A stretch of DNA of 64,000 nucleotides, taken from positions 4,836,001 through 4,900,000 of the forward strand of contig NC_043002.1 in NCBI RefSeq assembly GCF_006345805.1. The letters run 5' to 3'. Positions 1-11,894 of the stretch are shown one piece after another. This DNA is from Octopus sinensis (lineage: Eukaryota). Both the position numbers and the translations under genes were made by a program. The notes below the pieces were generated by a model. That model searched no databases and was not told the origin of the DNA. It saw only the letters and a list, made by a program, of their open reading frames with translations. The stretch's first letter is position 1; each line of letters begins with the position of its first letter.

Positions 1-580
1 AGACAGGTGGAGTTTGAAAAGGTGCTCAGAGTTATTGTTTGTAAGATGGTTAATAATTTTATGGGTGTCTGCCAAGTCAGCTGCCAGATGTCGGAGTTTC
101 AATGTGTCCGTGCCCAGGGAAGTAAGGTGTTCAGAATATGGAAAATGCCTGATGGAGGGCATTCTCTTGGTTGCACGTCGCTGAACGGCTTCCAGATGAT
201 TAATATCGTGGGCAAGATAGGGGTTCCAGACCGGTGATGCAAATTCCAGGTGAGGTCACACCATAGCTATATAAAGCCGTAGATAGATAGCCGGAGAGCG
301 GCTCACAAAGGACTTGGTGAGTGATGCCAAGACACCCTCAGCCTTCTTGGCAATTTTAGCGATGTGTTTTGTCCAACGCAAATCGCTATCGACAATAACA
401 CCCAAGTCACATTCACACGAAGATTTTTTGAGATTAGTATTGTGGGGGGAGTAGGTAGACGCTGGGTTTTTCCTCCCAAAATGCATGGTGGTACATTTGT
501 CCACAGCCAGCTTGAGTTGCCAGTCCATGATCCACTGCTGCATTGTGTCCAGGTCTGATTGCAATAGAGATCTATAGTGT
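1..580 (-). mobile_element. CR1-clade LINE fragment (RT C-terminal region), degenerate
   Basis: ORF 256-564 reads LQSDLD..W..WQLKLAVDKC..MHFGRKN...DLGVIVDSDLRW..HI and continues into PHLEFASPVWNP, typical CR1 ORF2 motifs. Confidence 0.85.
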
Positions 581-656
581 ACAGGGTGTTAAAAAAAAAA
601 GTAAAACAAGAAGAAAAAAATATGAATTAGGTAAAAAGAAAAAAAAAATTACTTAC

Positions 657-911
657 CAGAGATTCCCATGACAAAGGAGGAATTGTACTGTGAACTAATC
701 CCTTTAACACGAGTAAGAAAGAAGCTGAAAGGTTGACCCTCACGGTATGTTGTACGGATAGACTTTTCTAAGCTCATTGTCTTATCCCCCGATTGTGACT
801 TTTTCTCTGTAGTTGGGGAGACAACAGGAGACTTAGACACCGAAGCAGCAGCGGGCGGCGAGTCATTATTTGCCTTTTGTTTCTTCACAGAAGGTTTTTT
901 CTCCTCAATTT
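657..911 (-). CDS. TDP1: Tyrosyl-DNA phosphodiesterase 1-like coding exon (start of catalytic region)
   Basis: Acceptor tttgtag| at 912-913, donor |gtaagt at 656, 255 bp, phase 1-1. GQPFSFFLTRVKGISSQYNS resembles vertebrate TDP1 [20 protein letters not shown]. Catalytic HKN exons would lie left of the window. Confidence 0.8.
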
Positions 912-987
912 CTACAAATAAAAAATTTAATCATGGAACTTGTAATTAAATATTGTTTACTGTTCTTTCTACATATATACATATACC

Positions 988-1286
988 ACCATGATCCCCG
1001 TGACCGACCAGGCTGTCAGATGTTGTTACACATCGCTGATCACAATGCGCTTGCCATTGTTTTAGCCTTCAAATGACGCTGCCCTGTTGGCTAAGCGAGC
1101 AGGCCAACAGAAGAAAGAGTGAGAGGTAGTTGTGGTGAAAGAGTACAGCAGGGATCACCACCACCACCCCTGCCGGAGCCTCGTGGAGCTTTTAGGTGTT
1201 TTCGCTCAATAAACACTCACAACGCCCGGCCTGGGAATCGAAACCGCCAGTCCGCTGCCCTAACCACTGGGCCATTGCGCTTTCAC
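988..1286 (-). mobile_element. tRNA-derived SINE, family A (tail type 1)
   Basis: Head with tRNA-like A/B boxes (caatggcccagtggttagg...ggtttcgattccc) and the core shared with copies at 5161, 9364, 26582 and 46845. Confidence 0.85.
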
Positions 1287-2645
1287 ATATACATATATAT
1301 ATATATATATATATATCATCATCATCATCATTTAATGTTCGTTTTCCATGCTGGCATGAGTTGGACAGTTTGACAGGATCTGATGAGCTGCAGGGCTGTG
1401 CCAAGCTCCAGTGTCAACTTCAGCATGGTTTCCATGGTTGGATGTCTTCCTAAAGCCAACCACTTTACAATGCATACTCAGTGCTTTTTTTTTTGTGGCA
1501 CCAGCACTAGTGAGGTTGCCAAGTAACCTGCAAGTCAGGAAAAGTACAGGAAAAATGGAAAAGCAAACAGCTCCCACAATTAACTGGGTGGAGGAGATTA
1601 TGAGAGCGGGGAGTAGCTTTATGTTAAGAATAGAGAGGCTAGAGTATAACAGAGGGACAGGCATAGGTGTGTTGCAACAGAGGAGATATATGGTTTCCCA
1701 ACATTATATACATAGGATGGGTGGGAGCAGTTGCGAAGGAGATAAAAAGAAGGTAGTGATGGAGTGACAGAGGAAACTCTCAAGGTACAAAAAGGTGAGT
1801 ATAAGAGAGCATAACAGACTATTGGCAAGAGGAAGGAGAGAGAGAGAATGGATACTTTCACAAGTGTGCAAATGGAAAGTAGTGGAGGATATGAGATAGA
1901 TAGATAGATGGATATACACACACATACAGACATGTGCATGTGCATGCATGCACGCTCGATGGTTTATGGTAAGCAGTGTTGATATTTTACAATTCTATAA
2001 ATGATGATGATAATATCTTATAAGATTAAAGCTTATAAGTGATCACCGAGTAATGACTAAAGAAAATAGTCTAATATTCTGACCCATTAACAGCTGAACA
2101 ATCAGGTGTATGTATATATTTTTTTACTGTTTATTTTTTTACTGTTTATATTTTTGTACTGTCATTACTGTCCTATTTTTTTACCATTTTTTTACCATTT
2201 TTTACCCCTCTGCGAAAAGATCTCAGAATTTTAATTGATTTGCTTTTCGCAGGAAGGAAAGTTTCTTGTCGAAGATACGTCTCGCTTTTATCCTTCGAAA
2301 CGTAGAGTAGATGAAACCTTAGCGACTGAAGAAGGGGTTTTTTCTTTGTGCTAATTGTCCTGTACTCCATTTTTTGCTGTTTTTAAAAAAATGTCCTGTT
2401 CCTTTGGTTTGTGTCTATGTTTTCGTTTCTCATTGTGTTCGACGTCCTTTTGGTGTCCTGTACTCATATATGCGTGTATATGTACATGTAGAGGTAGGTA
2501 CGTACATATATGTTTATATATATGCATATGTTTTATTTCATTTATTTATATATATATATATATATATAATAATTATATAATGGAATATTATTCCTAACTT
2601 ACAGGGAAAAATTCAATTTAGAAATACTAAATCAAATTTCACAAA

Positions 2646-2682
<37 letters not shown>

Positions 2683-2730
2683 TAGAAAAAAAACACCTTT
2701 TATCAATTCAAAATTAACAATTAAATTACA

Positions 2731-3208
2731 TCATCATCATCGTTTAACGTTCGCTTTCCATGCTAGCATGGGTTGGACGGTTCAACTGGGGTCTGGCAAG
2801 CCCGAAGGCTGCACCAGGCCAGTCAGATCTGGCAGTGTTTCTACAGCTGGATGCCCTTCCTAACGCCAACCACTCCGAGAGTGTAGTGGGTGATTTTATG
2901 TGCCACCGACACAGGTGCCAGACGAGGCTGGCAACAGCCATGATCGGATGGTGTTTTTTATGTGCCACCGACACAGGTGCCAGACGAGGCTGGCAGACGG
3001 CCACGCTCGGATGGTGTTTTTTATGTGCCACCGACAGAAGTGCCAGACGAGGCTGGCAGACGGCCACGCTCGGATGGTGTTTTCGGTGTTTTCTTATGTG
3101 CCACCAACACAGGTGCCAGACGAGGCTGGCAAACGGCCACAATCGGATGGTGTTTGTTATGTGCCCACAGCACGGAGGCCAGTCGATGCGGTACTGGCTA
3201 CGGTCCAT
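2731..3208 (-). mobile_element. RTE 3'-tail element (SINE or truncated LINE) with about 62-bp tandem units and (GAT)n tail
   Basis: Same 3' end as the RTE LINE at 22540-22725; interrupts an AT-rich repeat whose unbroken copy is at 57576-57730. Confidence 0.85.
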
Positions 3209-3660
3209 CTAGAAAATTACATATAATAGAAATATTAAAAATAAAATAACAATAATATACCAATGATTAAGTAAATTGCAAAATAATAATAGAAACGTAT
3301 ATATTTGGTTTATATATATGTATGTATGTATATATATATCCAGGTTTAAATAATTTGTAGGCATTTTTCTGGAATATTTTTTATTCAATAAACCAGGTGG
3401 TCCAACTGGGCAAAATGTCCTGATGTTGAAAGGGCTGAAATCTCTTGAGACCCCAGAAACATCACTGATGGTGCATTCTTGAAAAGGAATATCATATTGT
3501 TGATACACGGCTTCGAAAGATTTGGCTTTCAATTCTGTGCAATTTTAAAAAATGCTATATAAACTATAAAAATTTATATAACCACTAGCCAACCAGAACA
3601 ATTTTTTGATAAACAACAATAAATAAAAGGGCAAAGAAAAAGGGAAAATATAATAATTAC

Positions 3661-4939
3661 CATGATGCTCAAAGTCCTCCCAATGTGTAGGATTTTTTCT
3701 TGTACAAGCAGTTCCAAACCTGCAAATAAGTTTGGTTGGTGTGACTGGCCGTTTCCTTTTAACAGTTTCACTGTCTTCAGATGATGAAACCAATTTGTCT
3801 AAGGCAGTTTCAGTTGTTGATGTGACAGAGCTTTTACCTGAAGAATTTGTTTTGGAGGGTTTGTGGGAAGTGTCAGAGCTGTCTGACTTAACACTTTTGA
3901 TTTTAGATTTTGGCGAATGCGTATCAACGCCTGAGTTATCATCATCTGAATCTGAATCTGAATCTGAATCTGAAGAACTTGATGCAGAAGATGAAGAAGA
4001 TGAATGTGAAGATGATGGTGACATTTTATGATGACTTGATGATGAATGTGTCATGGGACTATGGGAGTTTGTATCTGGTGAGTTGCCATTTACATCACTG
4101 TTGCTACTGCTCTCATTCTCGCTATCACTAGAATTGTTATTTACAACAAAATCTTCATCAGAATCACTTCCAAAAATATCATGCATTTTTGAGTTCAAAG
4201 AAGATGAAGTATTATTTTGATTCGTAGCCTTTTCTGTATGGGATGTTTTCTTAGGAGTAGGAGTGGGGGAACAATGGGATGTCTTCTTTGATGTCGATGA
4301 ATTGTTTGATTGGCTGGGCAGAGAAGACGAACGATGACATAAATTTACTGGATTTGAAAATAATTCTGACCCGTTAACAGCTGAACTATCAGGTCTATGC
4401 GATGATTTTTTTGAAGAATTAGAACTATCTTTTGAAGATGAAGAAGAGCTATGTTGAAGAGTATGATGATTTGTTTTATTAGCTTTCTGTCTGGATTCAT
4501 GTGAAGAAGACCGAGAGCCATTCTCGCGGCAGGGATTCTGATGCTTTCTGGAATCGACTTTGACAGAACTGGATAACTTCTGGACATGGTGCTTGGAATT
4601 GTATTTACTTCTAGAATTTTGTTCGCTTTCCGAGTCAGAATCACTTTCAGAAATTGCATGTGTTTCTTGTCTGGATTTTTTTGAAGACATTATTTTCAAA
4701 AGTTCCGTAGATAGACAAGGTGTGACTACAGTGTCCGCCTTATCAAAAGAGTTATTGGAATAGTCAGAAAAGAGATCTTGACCACTATTGTATGCTAAGG
4801 TATCGGGATCAACTGTAACATCAGAGTCAGGTTCTGAGTCTGGGAGAGACTCTGGTTCTTCTGTTGCATCCGAGTCAGATATGTCATGCACTGCTTTATT
4901 GAGCAGAGTCGACTTAGAAGCCGAGTGAAACTGTGACTG
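3661..4939 (-). CDS. TDP1: TDP1-like N-terminal exon: about 426 aa Ser/Asp-rich region ending in a PBZ zinc finger
   Basis: Open frame with acceptor ttttcag| (NAGNAG) at 4940 and donor |gtaatt at 3660. 1279 bp, phase 0-1, in frame with exon 657-911 (HH-E-IEEKK). [20 protein letters not shown] (3665-3724) fits PBZ C-x5-C-x6-H-x5-H. Confidence 0.72.
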
Positions 4940-5032
4940 CTGAAAAGAAACAAAACACTGAGTAAATAAAGTGAATAAAATAAATGTACATAAGGCTTGA
5001 AACAAGTATATATGTATGTATGTATGTGTGTG

Positions 5033-5068
<36 letters not shown>

Positions 5069-5089
5069 CGTATATATATATATATATAC

Positions 5090-5160
<71 letters not shown>

Positions 5161-5161
<1 letters not shown>

Positions 5162-5478
5162 CGCCGTGATCACCGTGACCGACCAGGTTATCAGATGTTG
5201 CTACACATCGCTGGTCACAATGCGCTTCGCATTGTTTTAGCCTTCAAATGACGCCACCCCGCAAGCTAAGTGAGCAGGCCAACAGAAGAAAGAGTGAGAG
5301 AAAGTTGTGGCGAAACAGTACAGCAGGGATCACCCCCCCCCCCACCCCCTGCTGGAGCCTCGTGGAGCTTTAGGTGTTTTCGCTCAATAAACACTCACAA
5401 CGCCTGGTCTGGGAATCGAAACCGCGATCCTACGACCGCGAGTCCGCTACCCTAACCACTGGGCCATTGCGCCTCCAC
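5161..5478 (-). mobile_element. tRNA-derived SINE, family A (tail type 1)
   Basis: Near copy of 988-1286. Confidence 0.85.
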
Positions 5479-5501
5479 ACATATATATATATATATATAT
5501 A

Positions 5502-5700
5502 TCTATATATATAAAACTGAGAATGTGTGTCTGTCTGTCTGTGTGAAACCCTAAAACTTGAGAACTACACAACCAATTTCATTCAAATTTTACACATGCC
5601 TTACTTAGGGTCCATGTAGTGTCATGGGCAAAAAAATTCTAACTTTTTGCCTAGGGCGAGTCCACAGCAATATCAAATCTTCTCCACTATTTCAGTATTA
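5502..5700 (+). mobile_element. Non-autonomous Helitron-like 5' end
   Basis: A|TCTATATATATAAAACTG start followed by (tgtc)n; same start as the complete Helitron at 33654; 3' end not located. Confidence 0.55.
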
Positions 5701-5772
5701 CATGCCAAAAGTGAAACAAAAACATCTCTCTATTGTAATGTCAGATGCTTTCACTTTGATACTGAAACTATT

Positions 5773-5919
5773 ATATAAGAGGGATGACTTGTTAGTGGAC
5801 ATCCATTTTGCTAGAAGAAGATCCACTATGGTCTTACCACTAACAAAGGAATGGTAAGACCATAGTGAATCTTCTTCTAGCATAATTAGATGTCCACTTA
5901 CAGGTCATCCCTCTTATAT
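5773..5919. repeat. Long imperfect inverted repeat (about 67-bp arms, 12-nt loop)
   Basis: gctagaagaagatccactatggtcttacca pairs with tggtaagaccatagtgaatcttcttctagc; the outer arms also pair. Confidence 0.9.
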
Positions 5920-6043
5920 GTATGTAATATAATTTTTTCTGAAACTTCAGACTTTTCAATATGCTACACCACTGGTTTTAAATTGATATTAATCAAATAA
6001 ATATTCAATTTTTCACCCTTATTATTTTAAATTTAAATTTACA

Positions 6044-6074
<31 letters not shown>

Positions 6075-6834
6075 CATCATCATCATCATCATCATCGTTT
6101 AACGTCCGCTTTCCATGCTAGCATGGGTTGGACGGTTCAACTGGGGTCTGGCAAGCCCGAAGGCTACACCAGGCCAGTCAGATCTGGCAGTGTTTCTACA
6201 GCTGGATGCCCTTCCTAACGCCAACCACTCCGAGAGTGTATATATATATATATATTATATAGAGGGCATTATTACACATAACTACCAAAAATAAACAAAT
6301 CATACCGAATGCAGCTCTCGAAGTAAGACATTTAAAAACAGAATTTACATAAATATATGAGGGGTGAACATTTTCATATGCTACGATGGAGGCGACGGTT
6401 GTCTGTCTGGTTCCGCCTGGTATGTTGGTTTTGTTCATTCATGATATATTTTGAATTCGTTTCACTGAAGAGCAACAAACTGATAGAATAAGTACCAGGC
6501 TTATCAAAATATAAAACAGCACTAGCGCGGTATTTCATATTTTTGTTTGCCCACTCAGCTGTATCTATCAATCTATCTTTGCGTGTATATATATATATAT
6601 ATATATAATACACATCGCTCTCTCTCTCTTTCGGAGAGGCACTGAGCAGCTATACGCACACATACACACATGCCAGTAACTTCCACCTACCAAATTCAAT
6701 CACAAAGCTCCGGTCGGCTCGGGGCTATAATGGAAGACACCTACCCATAGTGCCACGCAGTGGGACTGAACCCGAAACCATGTAGCTAGAAGGCAAGCTC
6801 CCTAACCACACAGCCATGCCCGCGCCTACACACG

Positions 6835-6870
<36 letters not shown>

Positions 6871-6904
6871 TTTATGTATATGTGCACATTCATATCTATT
6901 ATAT

Positions 6905-7527
6905 CAAAGTCAATGTCTTTATGTGTTCGTCTGTTACTTATACATTCGAAAACTGCTGCACTGATCATAATGAAATTTGGAACACAAAATCCAAGCCTAG
7001 GGAGAAGGGTAATGCTGTGTGTTTCATGGACCAAAATTACTGAATGGATCCTTATGATATTTGAAACTTAGATTCAATACATAAGGGCGGGTATAATGCA
7101 ATATGTTTGGTTTGAATTTCAGATGGCTTAAAGGGGGCAGGACCCCCATGAAAATTCATAAATTTTCGATGTTGATGAAATTTCAACCATGAGTAATTGA
7201 CACACATCAAGAAGTATTCTCAAAGTTTCCACTTCACATGAGGATTCTAAGACACCCTAATGGAGGCCTTAACTCCCAAATTTTAGTCATTTCTTTTATG
7301 ATCCAAACCTAGGTCAAAAGTACTGAATGGATCTTAAGGAAATTTGGAAATTATATTCTATGCATAAGGGCCATAATCCCCATGACAATTCATATATTTT
7401 TGCTGTTGATGAAATTTTAACCATAGATATTAGCTACAAATGAAGTAATATTTATAAAATTTCATCTTCTTACAAGTTAGAAAGACCCCTCCATGGGGAC
7501 TTAACAACCACAATTTAGCCATTTTAT
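6905..7527. repeat. Diverged direct repeat pair (units from about 7031 and 7315), possibly Helitron-internal
   Basis: Shared blocks tactgaatggatc, ccccatgaXaattcata and gttgatgaaatttXaaccat about 284 bp apart. Confidence 0.5.
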
Positions 7528-7876
7528 TTAAGCAAAGACGAATACAGTTGTACTCTTGGAAGCTGTGGGGGTCATCCGAGCATAGAAGATGAGTATTATT
7601 TGTAATTCAATGGTACAACAGTGTAACAGTTTGCTTTGACATACACTTAGATTGTGATTTCTGCAATGTGGTGCATAAATTGTCAAGTAAATGAGAGGCA
7701 TCTTTGCTTCCACTGATTCAGTTGCAAAGTGTTGAGTAAAGTTATTTGATTGCAGACCTCCTTTCAGTCTTTTTATTATCACTGGGTCACAGCTGCAGTG
7801 GGAGCAAATCCCAAACCATATGGTTCTAAAGTGAAGTTTCTTAACAATATTGCCATAAATACATTACACACACACT

Positions 7877-7915
<39 letters not shown>

Positions 7916-8850
7916 AGTTCAGGGTTGATTTTTTAGTTATGTTTGTTATGTGTGTGTGTATCCATTTAAAGTTGATTGTCGGAAAAAAGAAAAAAGACAA
8001 CTCCAGCACACTATGGTAGAGAAGAATTAATAATACTTTTTTTATTTTGGTTAAGTCAGCCTCTTGCTACACTTAGAGATGAGGACAGACTACATAAAGA
8101 AGAAAGGCAAAAGTCTGAAACCATTATGTTCTTACAGAGCTCCCCCTCCTCTTAGCTTCTCTTTCTCTGTCCTCACTTTACAGCCTCCCAAGCCTTGGAT
8201 GCTTTCACTGCATTCAGCCTCTATTCTCTACCCTTCATCATCCCTACAATACCCTCCAGCCTCTCCTTTCTCATTGCTCTCACTTCATTCACCCACAGCT
8301 ACCCACCCTTCATTCTACTTCTCCAGCTGCCCTCTCATCGTCGCAGTTTCTCTGCCGCGACACTCTCACTCTCCTTCTTTGCCCCCCCACTTCCATGACC
8401 CCCAATCTCTCTTTCCTTCAATGACCCTCTCCCCAAAGCTTCTTTATTGCTTCAATGACTTGAGAAATAATGGATGCATTTGACATAAACATGAATTAAT
8501 AATAATAAAAGTCTAGAGAAATATCAAACAACTTTGACACAGCAGTGAAATATTAGGTTTGTATCCTATTTGACTAATTCCAATGTAATGAATATAAATG
8601 TAAAATATTCGATAGCTTATTACATCATCATTTTCACTTTTTATTGCAGCTTTTCCATGCTGGCATGGGTTGAGCAGAACATCTTGAAGTATCAATTTCC
8701 AACTGGATGACCAACAGTTCAGCTTCCTAGAATGCATCATCATCATCTCACCTGATGCCGAAATTGGCAAAGAGGTAGACAACAGACTGACAAAAGCAAA
8801 CAGTACAGTACAGTCAACAGACCATACAAAGACATCTAGAGTCATCATCA

Positions 8851-9230
8851 TCATCGTTCGACCGTGGTCGAGACAATGGAATTTATTATGTTACGCCCGA
8901 CTTCACGGTCCATCATAGCAACATCCTGTTGCTGGATGTTTGTATCCCTGGAGATTACATCAGGGTAGGAGAGTGTGTGCCCTCTGGTGTCACGAGCAGA
9001 TGGCTTCCAGAGGAGAAGAGTAGAAATTACTTCGTTTTCCGCTCTACAACAATGTCCAGCAAACTGGACTCTTCTACCTTTCACAAGAGATGATACAGGT
9101 GGTAGTTTCCCATATATTTCTACTTTGGTTGGATGACGCTTCCACGAGAGATTTTGAGCTCTCATAAGAAGGCGAGTGTAAGTTCCATCCAACCGCCTCT
9201 CAAGCTTCTTTGATAACACCTGAGGAAAGA
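8851..9230 (-). mobile_element. RTE-group (RTEX-like) LINE 3' fragment
   Basis: LDGTYTRLLMRAQNLSWK...RRVQFAGHC...LLLWKP with (GAT)n tail; second copy at 48056-48362. Confidence 0.8.
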
Positions 9231-9363
9231 CACAGAGATCAGCATGTACAGAACCATTGTACAGGTCATCCCCTTGTGTAGCTCTGAATCATGGATATCT
9301 ACCATTACCACCAACAACTCCTTCCAACAGAGCTACATTTACATCATCCACTAGTATATATTA

Positions 9364-9745
9364 GTGGAGGTGCAATGGCCCAGTGGTTAGGGCAGCGGAC
9401 TCGCGGTCGTAGGATCGCGGTTTCGATTCCCAGACCGGGTGTTGTGAGTGTTTATTGAGCGAAAACACCTAAAGCTCCACAAGGCTCCGGCAGGGATGGT
9501 GGTGATCCCTGCTGTACTCTTTCACCACAACTTTCTCTTACTATTACTTCCTGTTTCTGTTATACCTGTATTTCAAGGGGCCGGCCTTGTCACTCTCTGT
9601 GTCACGCTGAATATCCCCGAGAACTACGTTAAGGGTACACGTGTCTGTGGAGTGCTCAGCCACTTACACGTTAATTTCACGAGCAGGCTGTTCCGTTGAT
9701 CGGATCAACCGGAACCCTCGTTGTCGTAACCGATGGAGTGCTTCC
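9364..9745 (+). mobile_element. tRNA-derived SINE, family A (tail type 2)
   Basis: Family A head and core followed by a different 3' tail (…gtaaccgatggagtgc). Confidence 0.85.
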
Positions 9746-10001
9746 ATCCAGTATATATTACCAACATATATGGCAGAAATCACAAGCACCAAGGCCATAC
9801 TGTAAAGTCACAGCTCTGTTGTGGAGGACACACTTCCACAATGGAGAGCCCTCACCTGCCCTAGATTGTATAGTGACCCCTGCACTGACCACTATGTCAG
9901 AGGAGCTCAAAAGAAAAAGACACAAAGTTGCCCTGAATAAAACCCTCGTTGCATGTCATATTGAGCAATGGTTATCCATTAAATTATGAAGTTTGAGGAC
10001 A

Positions 10002-10419
10002 TACCTATTTCTTTACTACCCACAAGGGGCTAAACACAGAGGGGACAAACAAGGACAGACAAACAGATTAAGTCGATTATATCGACCCCAGTGCGTAACT
10101 GGTACTTATTTAATCGGCCCCCGAAAGGATGAAAGGCAAAGTCGACCTCGGCAGAATTTGGACTCAGAACGTAATGGCAGACGAAATACCTATTTCTTTA
10201 CTACCCACAAGGGGCTGAACATAGAGGGGACAAACAAGGACAAACGGATTAAGTTGATTATATCGACCCCAGTGCGTAACTGGTACTTATTTAATCAACC
10301 CTGAAAGGATGAAAGGCAAAGGCGACTTCATCGGAATTTGAACTCAGAATGTAGCAGCAGACAAAATACCGCTAAGAATTTCGTCCAGCGCTCTACCAAT
10401 TCGGCCAGCTTGCCGCCTT
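10002..10419 (-). mobile_element. tRNA-derived SINE family D with tandem 185-bp duplication of its 3' part
   Basis: tacctatttctttactacccacaagggg occurs at 10002 and 10187; head aaggcggcXagctggc at the right end. Confidence 0.85.
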
Positions 10420-11008
10420 TTGAGGAAATACCATCCCCAGTTTGCCATCTCCTTCAAGAATGCCAGCAGAGCTGACTTTGAATTCAAAAGAATTTTGAGG
10501 AAGAAACATGAAACAGCAGCATTTGGACTTTTGGATAGAATTTCACTTGCAGTTGTTAAGCTTGGTCTGCATAACATTTATTAGTCTACACAACTACAAA
10601 TGTGTCTACTATTAACATAGTCAACTTTTTCCCCTATTCATGGATTTTCATTTGCAAAGCCACACACAAACACACACATATATATATATATAAGGATAAG
10701 ATTGTTAATTTAAAAATAAAGTAACAATTTTATCAAGTGGTCAGCATGGAAAAAATAACCTTCAAAGGTAATAATTATTAAAATTATAAATTAGGGTATA
10801 TACGAGATACCACTATGCTTTTTTTTTTACCACCAATATTTTTTTACTGGAATGAGTTAGAAACAATGGTCTAGGAACTAAATTAGATGGTAAACGTTTT
10901 TAATTTTCAATCCTTTCGAGAATTTATCCGTAATTAGTGGTTTGAGTTTTCTACTGCTCTTTCTAGCACAAGGCTTTCCTTTTTGGAAGCCTCTTAATGT
11001 GTTCTAAT

Positions 11009-11073
<65 letters not shown>

Positions 11074-11093
11074 CACACACACAACACACATCA

Positions 11094-11860
11094 GCATCAT
11101 TTAATGTCCGTTGTCCATGCTGGCATGGGTTGGACAGTTTGACCAGGGCTGGCAAGCTGAAAGGCTGCACCAGAATCCTGTCTGATTTGGCATGGTTTCT
11201 ATGGCTGGATGCCCTTCCTAACGCCAACCACTCCGAGAGTGTAATGGGTGCTTTTACATGCTACCAAGATGGGTGACATTTGTGTGACACTGGTATCTGC
11301 CACAACTGCAATTTTACTTGGCTTGACAGGTCTTCTTCTCAAGCACAACATAATGCCAAAGGTCTCAGTCATTGCCTCCAAGAGGCCCAACCCTAAAAAA
11401 GAGCTCAGCCACTTTGCCTCTGCTTTCCATGCTAGCATGGGTTGGACGATTTGACTGAGGACTGGCAAACCAGATGGCTGCGCCAGGTTCCAATCTGATC
11501 TGGCAGAGTTTCTACAGCTGGATACCCTTCCTGACGCCAACCACTCCAAGAGTGTTGTTGGTGATTTTACGTGCCCTCGGCATGAAGGCCAGCCTAGCGG
11601 TACTGGCAATGGCCACGTTCAAAATGGTGTTTTTTATGTGCCACCTGCACAGGAGTCAGTCCAGCAACACTGGCAACGACCTCACTCGAATGTTTTTGTT
11701 CACATGTCACCGGCACAAGTGCCAGTAAAGTGATGCTGGTAACGATGACGCTCAGATGGTGCTTTTTACGTGCCACCGGCACGGAAGCCAGACAGCTGCT
11801 CTTGCAGTGATCCTGCTCGGATGGAGCTGTTAGCGCTCCAAAGGCACAGGTGCCAGTCAC
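11094..11860 (-). mobile_element. Two tandem RTE 3'-tail elements
   Basis: Two copies of the ccatgcXXgcatgg ... ggatgcccttcctaacgcc block. Confidence 0.8.
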
Positions 11861-11894
11861 CAAATTTGGTTCAATATATATATATACACACACA

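Noticed and set aside
3732-4763. Plus-strand ORFs overlapping the TDP1 exon
   Set aside because: Antisense shadows of a low-complexity coding exon
4984-5251. ORFs rich in YI/IY, and the first roughly 78 aa of ORF 3545-5173 (similar ORFs throughout the window)
   Set aside because: Translations of (TA)n, (CA)n and (CAT)n microsatellites and SINE ends; the true exon begins at the 4939 acceptor
7528-7860. Longer open frame on the minus strand
   Set aside because: No recognisable motif and no convincing splice sites; adjacent to repeat sequence
9364-9440. tRNA-like sequences with A and B boxes
   Set aside because: They are SINE heads continuing into core and tail; no complete cloverleaf is supported
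10420-10580. Open frames on both strands as a possible exon
   Set aside because: No recognisable homology, and the phases do not fit neighbouring candidate exons
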